From Candidatus Omnitrophota bacterium (lineage in GTDB: Bacteria; Omnitrophota; Gorgyraeia; Zapsychrales; JANLHA01), in assembly GCA_020632555.1 (NCBI GenBank), contig JACKFI010000002.1, forward strand, positions 2,621 to 66,620: a stretch of DNA of 64,000 nucleotides. Reading direction: 5' to 3'. The notes under the pieces are model-generated. The model saw only the letters and a list, made by a program, of their open reading frames with translations, was not told the DNA's origin and made no database searches. Shown piece by piece: positions 7,939 to 16,928 of the stretch. A program made the translations under genes and the position numbers. How positions within the stretch are numbered: position 1 is the first letter of the stretch; the number at the start of each line of letters is the position of its first letter.

Positions 7939-9690
7939 TTACTGAAGATTTTGCTTTCTCCAAGCCTCTACCGCATCCACGATGCCATCTTCGCATGAAG
8001 ACTTTGCCCATCTATCCCAAAACTCAACAGTACCACTATTCGGCTTAGAGTTCGGCTCTTTAACACGAACTCTACTTGGTAACAAACTTGCATCACCAAC
8101 TACCAACGCCTCTCCCGTATCTAAAATTGGCAGTACATCTCCAAACCCACCCAAACTATCCGGCAATAATTTCCGCACAACGTTTTGATCCTCCGCATTT
8201 GTTAATCTCATTGCAACAAGATTATTGCATTGGCTCAATACGGTATGATTTACTTCCGATGGCCGCTGGCTGATGATTACAAGCCCTACCCCATATTTAC
8301 GACCTTCTTTTGCTATTTTTTCAAAAATCTTAATAGACACTTCATTAGCAGCGTCACCTTCAGAGCGCAGAGGAATATACAAGTGAGCTTCATCGCAGAA
8401 TAAGGCTATAGGATGTCTCTTTTCCAAAGAAGTCCATTGTTGCAATGAAAATGTTAGCCGTGCAACAAGACTGACTATTAAAGGTAAAATATCTGACGGC
8501 ACCTCAGAAAAATCGATTATTTTTATTCCACCCTTTTTATCAGACTGATTGCTTGTCCCAGCAATCAATTTTCGGGACAATTCATCAAGCCAAGATAATT
8601 CATTAGCCTCCGCAGGGGCTTGAAACAAAAATCCAAGCCGTCGATCTGTACGCTTATTCTCAAGCCGAGCAATCATCCTACTCAATTTACCATAAAAATC
8701 CCCCTGCTTGTCGCCTCGCGCACCCTGAACCATCTCGGTATTAATATTATTAATTTCAGCAAAAAGCTCATCCATTGAAAACGGAACCGGACTGTCTATC
8801 GTAAAATTCTCTAATAAAGCCTTTGCTTTTTTCTGTTCCAAAAACTTCTTTTTCATTTTTACAATTTCTCTGCCAATAATCATGGCTTGGTTAGGCGCAT
8901 TTTGATCACTCCGATCAACAAACATTGAAATAAGTGCTTCGTACCCCAATAACCAATACGGTAAATACAATACTCCATCTTTTAATCCTTTTTTATTACC
9001 CAAGTCTCCTGGACCCGCGACACGATAATGCCTTATACCAGCCCCTTCCATCGGGGCATACTCTCCATGAAGATCAAGGACCAAAGCATTAACGCTGGGC
9101 AATATGGCTGCCTGTTCAAGCACTCTTGCAGTCGTCCATGACTTGCCCGATCCAGTACTTCCGACAATTATCGCGTGGCGCTGAAAAAATTTATTTCCAT
9201 TCAGATAAGCCTCAGCGTCCTCATCCAAAGTATAATGACCTAAAGATAATTTTTGTCCTTCATCCGCGACGTTAGCGACGACACGCATAAAAGATGTTAA
9301 AACCTCCCCTTCAACGGCAAAACAATTTGCATCAATTTCGGGAACTGTTTCAAGAGTTCTACGAAAGACATTTTCCTTGGTGCCGACTTTGTCTATTAAT
9401 GTTCCAATAAGGGAAACACGCACAAGGTTGAGCTGAGGCATCAGCGGTTCAGACTCAAGGGGTTCTCCATCTTCTTTGGCGGACAATTCTTGCTCAACGC
9501 TGCTCCGCGTAATCTTCTGTATGATTCCAATTAAATGCTGCCCGGCCTTACTACTCTGTAGGACAACAAGTCTATTGACCTGCATTCTACGAAGCCTGTC
9601 TAAGTCGGCAACCTTAACGATGACCATAGCCGTATCCACCGAAAGAACTGCGCCCAATGCTTCTTCATCTTTGTACTTAAAAATCTTCAT
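7939..9690 (-). CDS. herA: HerA-like (DUF87) hexameric ATPase, partner of the SIR2 defence protein
   Basis: 583 aa. Walker A is IIVGSTGSGKSW and Walker B is ALFCDEAHLYIP. The HerA-type C-terminal region reads KYGVGLVIISQRPSEV...NLVAMRLTN. Confidence 0.85.
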   Translation of the reverse strand: MKIFKYKDEEALGAVLSVDTAMVIVKVADLDRLRRMQVNRLVVLQSSKAGQHLIGIIQKITRSSVEQELSAKEDGEPLESEPLMPQLNLVRVSLIGTLIDKVGTKENVFRRTLETVPEIDANCFAVEGEVLTSFMRVVANVADEGQKLSLGHYTLDEDAEAYLNGNKFFQRHAIIVGSTGSGKSWTTARVLEQAAILPSVNALVLDLHGEYAPMEGAGIRHYRVAGPGDLGNKKGLKDGVLYLPYWLLGYEALISMFVDRSDQNAPNQAMIIGREIVKMKKKFLEQKKAKALLENFTIDSPVPFSMDELFAEINNINTEMVQGARGDKQGDFYGKLSRMIARLENKRTDRRLGFLFQAPAEANELSWLDELSRKLIAGTSNQSDKKGGIKIIDFSEVPSDILPLIVSLVARLTFSLQQWTSLEKRHPIALFCDEAHLYIPLRSEGDAANEVSIKIFEKIAKEGRKYGVGLVIISQRPSEVNHTVLSQCNNLVAMRLTNAEDQNVVRKLLPDSLGGFGDVLPILDTGEALVVGDASLLPSRVRVKEPNSKPNSGTVEFWDRWAKSSCEDGIVDAVEAWRKQNLQ

Positions 9691-9703
9691 TTTTATTATC
9701 CTT

Positions 9704-10756
9704 TCATAATACGCGATCTAACAAATCTCCAAGCGCCCAAAGTTTTATGCCCTTCAACTCCACACCGCTGCAATGCTCGCAATTAAACATGCGCGTACCA
9801 CCATCCATTTCTTCAAAAGCTAAAAAATTCTTGCAACCTCCATCCAGCAAGACTTTTTTTGCTGCATCTGTAAGTTTTTTGGCAAGAACAACGATATTTT
9901 TATTATATCGTCGGCATTTTTCTAAAAGCTTCGGTTGAATATGGTCATCATTAAATCCGTACCCAATACAAAAGAAACTATTACTTAAATCGAGAGCTAA
10001 ATCTGCTCCCGCAACAATAGAACGGAATGGTTCCTCGTGTGTTTCTTTGTATTTATTAATCCCTGGGGTCACTATTGCAGGTGTAAATCCTTCAGGCAAT
10101 ATGTCCAAAGAAGGAAAATTATATACAATCCCATCGCTACCTCGATACCACTTGATAGACCCATGGACTTTCCAAAGATCTACCATACGGAATGGCGTCT
10201 GATTTTTATAAATAGTTACGGGTTGTTTTACGCAGCGTTGACCTATATAACCATAGTCAAATCCAGCGGTCCAAGCATACCCAGCTAGATCGGCGGCATA
10301 TTCTGCTATGTGATCGTAATTTGTTGTTATGACGGAAAGCCTGAGATGCGTACTTTGAAAAAGATGCGCATAAAGCCGCGCAAGCGGAAATACTTCAGAT
10401 AATGATTTGACGATTTCAGAGAAAGCCTTCTTATCTGCTGCGTAAATGAATTCCCAGGTCGTCTGGATTAAAAGTTTTGTCACCTGAGGGCCCAACTGAA
10501 CTTCATGTAAAGCAGCTTCCAAATGCTTTTGCTTTAAAACTTCCCGAAATTTCTGCCAAGCAGTTTCATTCTCCTTATCGATTAAAGGAGTAACTGTATC
10601 TATAAGATGTTCGCCGAGCATTTGTACACCAGGAATACCGTAAGCTGCAGAATGACCACTTCCAAGAATAATAACAGGGTTGGTAGCAAAGCAGTCTTGA
10701 ACAAATTTATAAATAAACTCTAATAATGATTTTTCTAAATTTTCTTCCATAACCAT
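9704..10756 (-). CDS. SIR2-like (SIR2_2) NAD-binding/NADase domain protein
   Basis: 350 aa. Motifs seen: VIILGSGHSAAYGIP (Rossmann GxG), ITTNYDHIAEY (TNYD motif), WKVHGSIKW (HG motif) and CIGYGFND. Confidence 0.8.
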   Translation of the reverse strand: MVMEENLEKSLLEFIYKFVQDCFATNPVIILGSGHSAAYGIPGVQMLGEHLIDTVTPLIDKENETAWQKFREVLKQKHLEAALHEVQLGPQVTKLLIQTTWEFIYAADKKAFSEIVKSLSEVFPLARLYAHLFQSTHLRLSVITTNYDHIAEYAADLAGYAWTAGFDYGYIGQRCVKQPVTIYKNQTPFRMVDLWKVHGSIKWYRGSDGIVYNFPSLDILPEGFTPAIVTPGINKYKETHEEPFRSIVAGADLALDLSNSFFCIGYGFNDDHIQPKLLEKCRRYNKNIVVLAKKLTDAAKKVLLDGGCKNFLAFEEMDGGTRMFNCEHCSGVELKGIKLWALGDLLDRVL

Positions 10757-10773
10757 TATCTACCAACTTGAAA

Positions 10774-10797
10774 GCCCGGGAGGTTATCTACCCGGGC
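10774..10797 (-). other. Hairpin in the SIR2-HerA leader
   Basis: GCCCGGG-10 nt-CCCGGGC, followed on the minus strand by TTTCAAGTT. It lies 18 nt upstream of the SIR2 start codon. Confidence 0.4.
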
Positions 10798-10927
10798 CAA
10801 ATTTTTGACAATGTATGTATTTGCTAAGAACATTCAAAATTCCATTTTGTACTATTTAGATTATTGGCTATTGTAACATTGTTACCTTGCTACTGCCACC
10901 ATTTCCCTCCGGTAAGTCTATTACCGC

Positions 10928-11001
10928 ATAATATGTAACCTCCCGCTAGGGGTGTCAAAAGGGGGATTTGGGTGTGCCAAAAATGTGCCAGATTTGTGCC
11001 A
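10928..11001 (-). promoter_or_regulatory. Promoter-like module A plus three phased TGTGCCA heptamers
   Basis: The minus strand reads TGGCACA x3 (plus-strand starts 10973, 10984, 10995; 11-bp phase), then AAATCCCCCTTTTGACACCCCT, with -35 TTGACA (10953..10958), a 17-nt spacer and CATATT (10930..10935). It faces the SIR2 gene. Confidence 0.45.
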
Positions 11002-11069
11002 ACTTTGGACCCCTTCCTATTGGACAGTTAGAGGATTACAATGTTGACAAGCCAATAAGGAGACTTGTC

Positions 11070-11420
11070 ATGAAATACCGCAAATTTATTAACGAATTCA
11101 AAAAGCATTTAGTAGAACAGCTGCTTAGTGGCGTCAAAGTTTCAGAGATATGCCGGCAATATGATGTTGCAAAACAGGTTCTGGCTCGCTGGCAAAGAAA
11201 ATACGAACAAGGGGAACTCGACAACGCCCCCAAGAACGGTCAATTAGCTACTGAGATCAAAATCAAAGAACTTGAAAGTTTAGTTGGCCGGCTAACGCTG
11301 GACAATGAACTTTTAAAAAAAGCCGTGAAGCTAGCCTGCTCACAACAAACGATAAGCGCAAATTCATCTTCGAAAACAAAAATTTATTCGGGAGCATTGC
11401 CAGGGGGTGTCGCATGTTAA
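11070..11420 (+). CDS. IS3-family transposase OrfA (HTH)
   Basis: MKYRKFINEFKKHLVEQLLSG.KVSEICRQYDV....LARWQRKY, followed by a leucine-zipper-like region. AAGGAG lies upstream of the ATG at 11070. Confidence 0.85.
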   Translation: MKYRKFINEFKKHLVEQLLSGVKVSEICRQYDVAKQVLARWQRKYEQGELDNAPKNGQLATEIKIKELESLVGRLTLDNELLKKAVKLACSQQTISANSSSKTKIYSGALPGGVAC

Positions 11421-12250
11421 ATATCCCCCACAGCACGTATTATCATAAGACTCAAAAAGAACAAAATCTTATAAAGCAAGTCCAAGAAGCAGCCTTAATA
11501 GACAAGATTGAAGAAATCATCTACGAATTTTCTGGTTATGGAACGCGCAGGGTTACCAAAGAACTCAAACGCCAGAATTGGGACGTTAATCGTAAAAGAA
11601 TTCAGCGCATAATGCGCGAGAATTCTTTGCTGCACGTCGTTAAACGTAAATTCGTCAAGACCACTGATTCTGATCATCCGTATAAACGTTATCCCAATTT
11701 AATTAAAGGATTCAGAACCACTAGACCCAATCAATTATGGGTATCCGACATAACCTATATCCGTATTTTGACAGGGTTTGTATATTTAGCCGTGATTTTG
11801 GACGCCTTCTCGCGCAAAGTGATTGGATATGCCTTGTCCAGACGTCTTTTGGATGAGTTAACCGTTGCCGCATTAAATATGGCTATCTCACAACTTCATC
11901 CAGCAGAAGGCTGTATTCATCACTCAGATCAAGGTGGACAATATGCCTCAGATAATTATATTAACAAGCTGACAGAGTATAAATTCAAGATCAGCATGTC
12001 CAGGCAAGGCAACCCGTATGACAATGCCATGGCTGAAAGCTTTATGAAAACTTTAAAATACGAGGAGGTTCGACTTTGGGATTATAAAAATATGGACGAT
12101 GTATTAAGAAGGGTTCCATATTTTATTGCCGAAGTCTATAATAAAAAACGTTTGCACTCATCGCTGGGCTATGTGCCACCCGATGAATATGAGTCGTCGT
12201 ATGTTGAGAAAGATCAAACTATATTAACCAGTCAACTTGTCACTTCTTAA
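11414..12250 (+). CDS. IS3-family transposase OrfB (DDE/rve integrase core)
   Basis: 278 aa in the -1 frame relative to OrfA. Motifs: WVSDITYI, HSDQGGQYAS, and NPYDNAMAESF...K.E, the DD(35)E region. Confidence 0.88.
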   Translation: MLNIPHSTYYHKTQKEQNLIKQVQEAALIDKIEEIIYEFSGYGTRRVTKELKRQNWDVNRKRIQRIMRENSLLHVVKRKFVKTTDSDHPYKRYPNLIKGFRTTRPNQLWVSDITYIRILTGFVYLAVILDAFSRKVIGYALSRRLLDELTVAALNMAISQLHPAEGCIHHSDQGGQYASDNYINKLTEYKFKISMSRQGNPYDNAMAESFMKTLKYEEVRLWDYKNMDDVLRRVPYFIAEVYNKKRLHSSLGYVPPDEYESSYVEKDQTILTSQLVTS

Positions 12251-12346
12251 CTGTCTCACTGAAAGGGTCCACTCCACTCCTACACAACCTCTTCAAATAA
12301 CTAAACTTATAAAACCCTAAAAATTTCTGTGCCGGATTTGTGCCAA

Positions 12347-14629
12347 TTATTTTAATTCTATTCTTCTCAAACGCAAAGAATTTCCAACCACTGAAACCGA
12401 ACTAAACGCCATCGCCGCGCCAGCAATGATTGGGCTTAACAAAATTCCGAAGAATGGATACAAAAAACCAGCAGCAACCGGCACACCTAAAATATTGTAG
12501 ATAAAAGCAAAAAACAAATTTTGACGGATATTGCTCATAACCGCCCGGCTTAAACGCAAGGCTTTCACAATACCGTTAAGATCGCCTTTGACCAAAGTAA
12601 TTCCTGCACTTTCAATGGCCACATCCGTGCCTGTTCCCATCGCCACACCAACTTCGGCTTGGGCCAAAGCAGGAGCATCGTTAATCCCATCTCCCGCCAT
12701 CATGACTCGCGCCCCCTGCGCTTTGAATTGCTTAACAATCTCTTGCTTACTTTTGGGTTCCAATTCAGCACGGACATCATCGATCCCTAATTCCTTTGCG
12801 ATCACCTGAGCAGTTTTATGATTGTCTCCGGTCAGCATAATTACTTTGATTCCCATATCGTGAAGCTCCCGGATCGCCTGTGAAGAAGTTTTTTTAATTG
12901 GGTCAGAAATTCCAAGAATACCCACGACTTTTTGTTCAACCGCAACCCATACAACCGTCTGTGCTTGATCTTGCAACTGCGCAGATTTTTTCTTGATGTC
13001 CTCGGGAAGAATTATTTTCTCCTCCTCAAGAAACTTCTGCTTACCCAAGACAATCTTTTGTCCGTTGATTTTCCCCTTAATGCCACCACCAGTGATCGAT
13101 TCAAAATCTTTTACGGATTCAAACTTTGCATTCTTTTCTTTGGCGTAGTCGATTACAGCACGTGCCAAAGGATGCTCACTGCTTTGTTCGATAGAAGCGG
13201 CGAAGCCAAGAAGCGTTTGTTCATTCCATCCCTGACTTGGAACGCAGGTGGTCACTTTCGGCTTTCCTTCAGTCAGTGTGCCTGTTTTGTCCGTCAAAAC
13301 ATATGTAATTTTCTCCGACTTCTCAATAGCCTCGGCATTTTTAATCAAAATTCCCATCTGGGCCCCGCGCCCAACGCCAACCATAATTGACATGGGTGTT
13401 GCCAATCCTAACGCACACGGACAAGCGATGATGAGAACGGCAATAGCATTGACAATGGCATAAGCCAATCTTGGTTCAGGCCCCCAATTCGCCCAAATAA
13501 TAAAGGTAATAACGGAAATCAAAACCACAATCGGAACAAAATAGCCGGATATTGTATCGGCTAATTTTTGAATAGGCGCACGGCTGCGCTGTGCTTCCGC
13601 GACCATGTGGACAATCTGGGAAAGTAAAGTTTCTGCTCCCACTTTTTCCGTTCGCATCACAAAGGTTCCCGTTTGATTGACGGTAGCGCCGATCACCTTG
13701 TCACCGGTCTTTTTTTCTACCGGCATAGGCTCGCCGGAAATCATCGACTCATCGACACTGCTTTTCCCTTCAATAATAATTCCGTCGAGAGGAACTTTTT
13801 CGCCTGGACGAACGCGCAACAAATCTCCTTTTTGAACAGAATCAATAGGCACTTCTTCTTCATTTCCATTTTGAATTCTGTGAGCATTCTTCGCCGCCAA
13901 ACCCAAAAGTGCTTTGATCGCTTGGCCGGTTTGGCTCCGCGCCTTGGCTTCCAATAATTGCCCCAAAATAATCAAGACAGTAATTACCGCCGCAGCCTCA
14001 AAATAAAGATCGATTTTTCCCATTTTTTTGAGCGATTCCGAAAAAATCTGCGGGAATAACGTTGCAATAGTGCTATAAGCATAGGCCGCACCGACACCCA
14101 AAGCAATTAGCGTAAACATATTAAGGCTACGATTGACCAAAGACTTCCAGCCTTTGACAAAAAACATTCCTCCCGCCCATAACACAACCGGGGTTGCCAG
14201 AATGAATTGTATCCAGGGAATAAAACGGCGAGGAATAATCGATTCTACATTAAAAGCGGGAATCATTTCTCCGAGCACGAGTAACACTAGAGGAACTGTA
14301 AGCCACAGTCCAATCCAAAATTTTTGTGATAAAGAATGAATTTCTTTCTGATCTTCATTCTCTTCGCCGTTTGGGTTCAGCGGCTCCAAATGCATTCCGC
14401 ATTTCGGACAATCTCCAGGATGATCTTGCCTGATCTCTGGATGCATCGGGCAGGTATAGATCGTTTTTCCATCCGCGCTCGTTTTTACTGATGCAGTTTT
14501 CTTTGATTTCTGATCAAGGAAGGTTTTTTTGCAATGTTCACTACAAAAATAAATGGGAAGGCCACCAAAATCTAATTTGATGGCCTTTCCCTCTTGAACT
14601 TCCATTTCGCAAATCGGATCAATAGCCAT
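12347..14629 (-). CDS. copA: Copper/silver-translocating P1B-type ATPase
   Basis: 760 aa. Motifs: CPC in [27 protein letters not shown]-terminal YHS/TRASH (DPICEMEV...FCSEHC) and YTCPMHPEI...CPKCGM metal-binding modules. Confidence 0.92.
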   Translation of the reverse strand: MAIDPICEMEVQEGKAIKLDFGGLPIYFCSEHCKKTFLDQKSKKTASVKTSADGKTIYTCPMHPEIRQDHPGDCPKCGMHLEPLNPNGEENEDQKEIHSLSQKFWIGLWLTVPLVLLVLGEMIPAFNVESIIPRRFIPWIQFILATPVVLWAGGMFFVKGWKSLVNRSLNMFTLIALGVGAAYAYSTIATLFPQIFSESLKKMGKIDLYFEAAAVITVLIILGQLLEAKARSQTGQAIKALLGLAAKNAHRIQNGNEEEVPIDSVQKGDLLRVRPGEKVPLDGIIIEGKSSVDESMISGEPMPVEKKTGDKVIGATVNQTGTFVMRTEKVGAETLLSQIVHMVAEAQRSRAPIQKLADTISGYFVPIVVLISVITFIIWANWGPEPRLAYAIVNAIAVLIIACPCALGLATPMSIMVGVGRGAQMGILIKNAEAIEKSEKITYVLTDKTGTLTEGKPKVTTCVPSQGWNEQTLLGFAASIEQSSEHPLARAVIDYAKEKNAKFESVKDFESITGGGIKGKINGQKIVLGKQKFLEEEKIILPEDIKKKSAQLQDQAQTVVWVAVEQKVVGILGISDPIKKTSSQAIRELHDMGIKVIMLTGDNHKTAQVIAKELGIDDVRAELEPKSKQEIVKQFKAQGARVMMAGDGINDAPALAQAEVGVAMGTGTDVAIESAGITLVKGDLNGIVKALRLSRAVMSNIRQNLFFAFIYNILGVPVAAGFLYPFFGILLSPIIAGAAMAFSSVSVVGNSLRLRRIELK

Positions 14630-14638
14630 GGATTTCCC

Positions 14639-15103
14639 TTATTTATTTTCCGGATGATGGCTTTCGTGTTCAGCTTTTTCATCTTGAGCTGACTCTTTCA
14701 ACTCTTCGGCTTTTGTATCATCTGATGGCTTCATCTTTCCCATCATCGGACACATGCTTTTCATATTTTCCATCATCTTTTGCATACCTTCCATGTCCAT
14801 CTTGAGTTCAACTTCCTTGACGACATTCAAATCTTTGTCGTATTTGGTAAGTTTATTTGCTGTAACAACAATAATTCCACCATCATTGGTTGAGACAACT
14901 TGTTTTTGCATCATGGCCTGCATCATACCCATGCCCATCATCATTCCGCCCTTGTCCATCATACCACCCTTCATCATCCCTTCCCCCATCATGCCGCCTT
15001 TCATCCCTTTATCCATCATGTCGCCCTTCATACCCTCAGCATAGACCAAGCTGACGCTTGCGAATAAAAATACAAACATTATGCCCCAGACATTCTTTTT
15101 CAT
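14639..15103 (-). CDS. Secreted methionine-rich protein, a putative Cu(I)/Ag(I) binder
   Basis: Signal peptide, then MKGDMMDKGMKGGMMGEGMMKGGMMDKGGMMMGMGMM repeats, further M-rich stretches and a C-terminal HESHH. Confidence 0.6.
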   Translation of the reverse strand: MKKNVWGIMFVFLFASVSLVYAEGMKGDMMDKGMKGGMMGEGMMKGGMMDKGGMMMGMGMMQAMMQKQVVSTNDGGIIVVTANKLTKYDKDLNVVKEVELKMDMEGMQKMMENMKSMCPMMGKMKPSDDTKAEELKESAQDEKAEHESHHPENK

Positions 15104-15132
15104 TTCATTTCTTCCTTTTTAAACAGTTATTA

Positions 15133-15291
15133 TTATTTTGTCCCCATATATTTCATTGGTTCTTTTTCAAACTTTTGCTTACACGAGTCGCTACAAAAAT
15201 AAAATGACTTGCCCATGTGACTCGCCGATCCTTTGGCTTTTTCTTTATCAATCTCCATCCCGCAAACCGGATCTTTAACTTTTTCTGCCAT
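15133..15291 (-). CDS. YHS/TRASH-domain small protein, 52 aa (below the ORF-track cutoff)
   Basis: Hand translation gives MAEKVKDPVCGMEIDKEKAKGSASHMGKSFYFCSDSCKQKFEKEPMKYMGTK. DPVCGM...YFCS..C...F is the YHS signature. Confidence 0.7.
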   Translation of the reverse strand: MAEKVKDPVCGMEIDKEKAKGSASHMGKSFYFCSDSCKQKFEKEPMKYMGTK

Positions 15292-15318
15292 TCCAACTTC
15301 CTTTCTTTAATAAACGGT

Positions 15319-15630
15319 TCAATGACAACATGACCCGTGCTTATTATCTCCCTTAGTGTTTAAAAGAATTGGTAAATTATAAATACTAGCCAGCGTGGCT
15401 CCTCCCAGCCAACCTAAAATAAATATTTGAACTAATCCATAAATAACTTCCAAAACTGATGTTTCGGTTTTTAAAATCGCTGTTACATCAATTCCATGCA
15501 ACAGAGTATTAAAAAACGCGATTGCTTGTTCACGGCTAAGCGCCATAAAGACGATAATACATCCCAACCGAAAAACAACCAAGGTCAAACCGCAAGCCAG
15601 TCCCATTTTTTTAACATTAATGGCACCCAT
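15319..15630 (-). CDS. Small integral membrane protein with a C-terminal HGSCCH
   Basis: Start set at MGAINVKK, with GGAGG upstream. Three hydrophobic segments; ends ...KHGSCCH. Confidence 0.5.
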   Translation of the reverse strand: MGAINVKKMGLACGLTLVVFRLGCIIVFMALSREQAIAFFNTLLHGIDVTAILKTETSVLEVIYGLVQIFILGWLGGATLASIYNLPILLNTKGDNKHGSCCH

Positions 15631-15844
15631 GATGTTCCTCCTTTTTATCCCCTTTATCCTCTTTATCTTGATGATCATCATGTTTATGATGGCCGCTGCC
15701 CATCATCATAAAATGGCAAGCGAACATCATGACAATAAAGAAAAATATTGAATTATTTCCTTTTAAACCAACTCCCGGCGCTATAAAAATCAACAACAAC
15801 GGCAATAAACAACAAAGCATCATCCACCAGCTATGATTTCTCAT
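15617..15844 (-). CDS. DUF2933-like small membrane protein with a His-rich tail
   Basis: MRNHSWWMMLCCLLPLLLIF... is followed by HHKHDDHQDKEDKGDKKEEHHGCH. The start overlaps the upstream stop (ATGA). Confidence 0.5.
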   Translation of the reverse strand: MRNHSWWMMLCCLLPLLLIFIAPGVGLKGNNSIFFFIVMMFACHFMMMGSGHHKHDDHQDKEDKGDKKEEHHGCH

Positions 15845-16497
15845 TTCAAGGCTCCTTTCCAAAACTTAGGAATAAATGCAGGAACATTTTCCCTGTATTC
15901 TTCGTATTGTTTTCCAAATATTGTTTGGACATCTTTTTCTTCCCGCATAGCTAAACGATAATATGCAAACATCAAGATCGGCCACATGATTAGCGTCGTT
16001 AAAGAAGGCCATTGCATCAGGAATCCAATTGTGATCAAAAATAAACCACTGTACTGCGGATGACGCACATAAGCATAAACACCTTCAGTAACCAGCTTCT
16101 GACCTTTTGCCGCATAAATCAGCATCCATCCTTTGTAAATAATGTAAAATCCAAAAAATACAATTCCGTTGCTAATGATGTGTAAAATTGTCATCGCCAA
16201 TGCGGAGTCGGCCAGACCAAAAAGAACCAATAACAAATGGCCATGATTATGGGTGAATGGATTTAAAACAGGGTACGATTGCCCCATCCATGAAGACAAT
16301 AAATAAATCGTTAAAGGAAAACCATACATTTCTGTAAATAAAGCCACAATGAATCCGATAAACGCCCCCATCGATCGCCATTCGATATTTTTCTTAGGGA
16401 CAATGTAGCTTGCTACAAAAAATAAAATCAATAACGAATTAAAAACTACTGTTGTCCACATCCCATAGGCATATAATCCAGCTGCTTCTCCGTGCAT
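15841..16497 (-). CDS. Isoprenylcysteine carboxyl methyltransferase (ICMT/PEMT)-family membrane protein
   Basis: Polytopic membrane protein carrying GVYAYVRHPQYSGLFLITIGFLMQW, the ICMT-family signature. Start set at MHGEAAG, with AAGGAG upstream. Confidence 0.65.
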   Translation of the reverse strand: MHGEAAGLYAYGMWTTVVFNSLLILFFVASYIVPKKNIEWRSMGAFIGFIVALFTEMYGFPLTIYLLSSWMGQSYPVLNPFTHNHGHLLLVLFGLADSALAMTILHIISNGIVFFGFYIIYKGWMLIYAAKGQKLVTEGVYAYVRHPQYSGLFLITIGFLMQWPSLTTLIMWPILMFAYYRLAMREEKDVQTIFGKQYEEYRENVPAFIPKFWKGALK

Positions 16498-16554
16498 TTT
16501 AGGCTCCTTTCTTTTTAGAACCGCTTGATTACATGTTTTGGTCAATTCCCACTT

Positions 16555-16911
16555 TTATTGCCATTCCTGACTTACCTCATTCATAATATGAAACACTGCA
16601 GCACAGGTAGGACGGCAGAACTTGTGAACCACACCATTCATCGCCATTGTCGTCTCAAAGTTGTCGTTTTTGTGAATTTTCTTACGGCACCCCTTACAGA
16701 TATAAATTTCACCGGCCACTTCTTCCAAGGCATAGTGACGAGGCTCCTTTATAAATTTCTTCAAACACCCGACGGAGCAAAAAACATGTTCTTTCTGTTC
16801 ATAAACATAAAATAAGTCTTTGGTTAAAGCCTCTTGAACGGAAATATCCTTTCCACAGACCGGATCAATTCTTAGAATTTGCACATCAGTATCTCTGCAA
16901 TCAAGTGACAT
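16555..16911 (-). CDS. Protein with tandem YHS/TRASH-type Cys motifs
   Basis: DPVCGKDI...VFCSVGCLKKF and CKGCRKKI...HKFCRPTCAAVF. Confidence 0.6.
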   Translation of the reverse strand: MSLDCRDTDVQILRIDPVCGKDISVQEALTKDLFYVYEQKEHVFCSVGCLKKFIKEPRHYALEEVAGEIYICKGCRKKIHKNDNFETTMAMNGVVHKFCRPTCAAVFHIMNEVSQEWQ

Positions 16912-16928
16912 CGTTCCCTCCCTTAGGC

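Larger units (their letters stand above)
11006..12271 (+). mobile_element. IS3-family insertion sequence (1266 bp)
   Basis: Imperfect terminal inverted repeats TGGACCCCTTCC...GACAGTTA (left) and TAACTGTCTC...AAAGGGTCCA (right), with TG...CA ends. It has orfA/orfB in a -1 frame arrangement. No clean target duplication is visible (ctt vs ctc). Confidence 0.8.

Noticed and set aside
10973-11001. Reading TGGCACA-TTTT-TGGCACA (minus strand) as a sigma-54 -24/-12 promoter (GG-N10-GC).
   Set aside because: The GG-N10-GC spacing arises automatically from two copies of the same heptamer at 11-bp phase. The -12 element would be TGGC rather than TTGC. The related GTGTCCA sites do not fit. No enhancer-binding protein gene is nearby.
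10928-12346. The idea that module A marks the ancestral right end of an 11-kb element, with the metal-resistance DNA being a second island inserted in tandem.
   Set aside because: Module A does resemble module C, which lies near the true right end. However, I find no second tRNA-Pro fragment or core-like sequence in 11002..12420, either inside or outside the IS3. The tandem-accretion model is therefore unsupported by this sequence.
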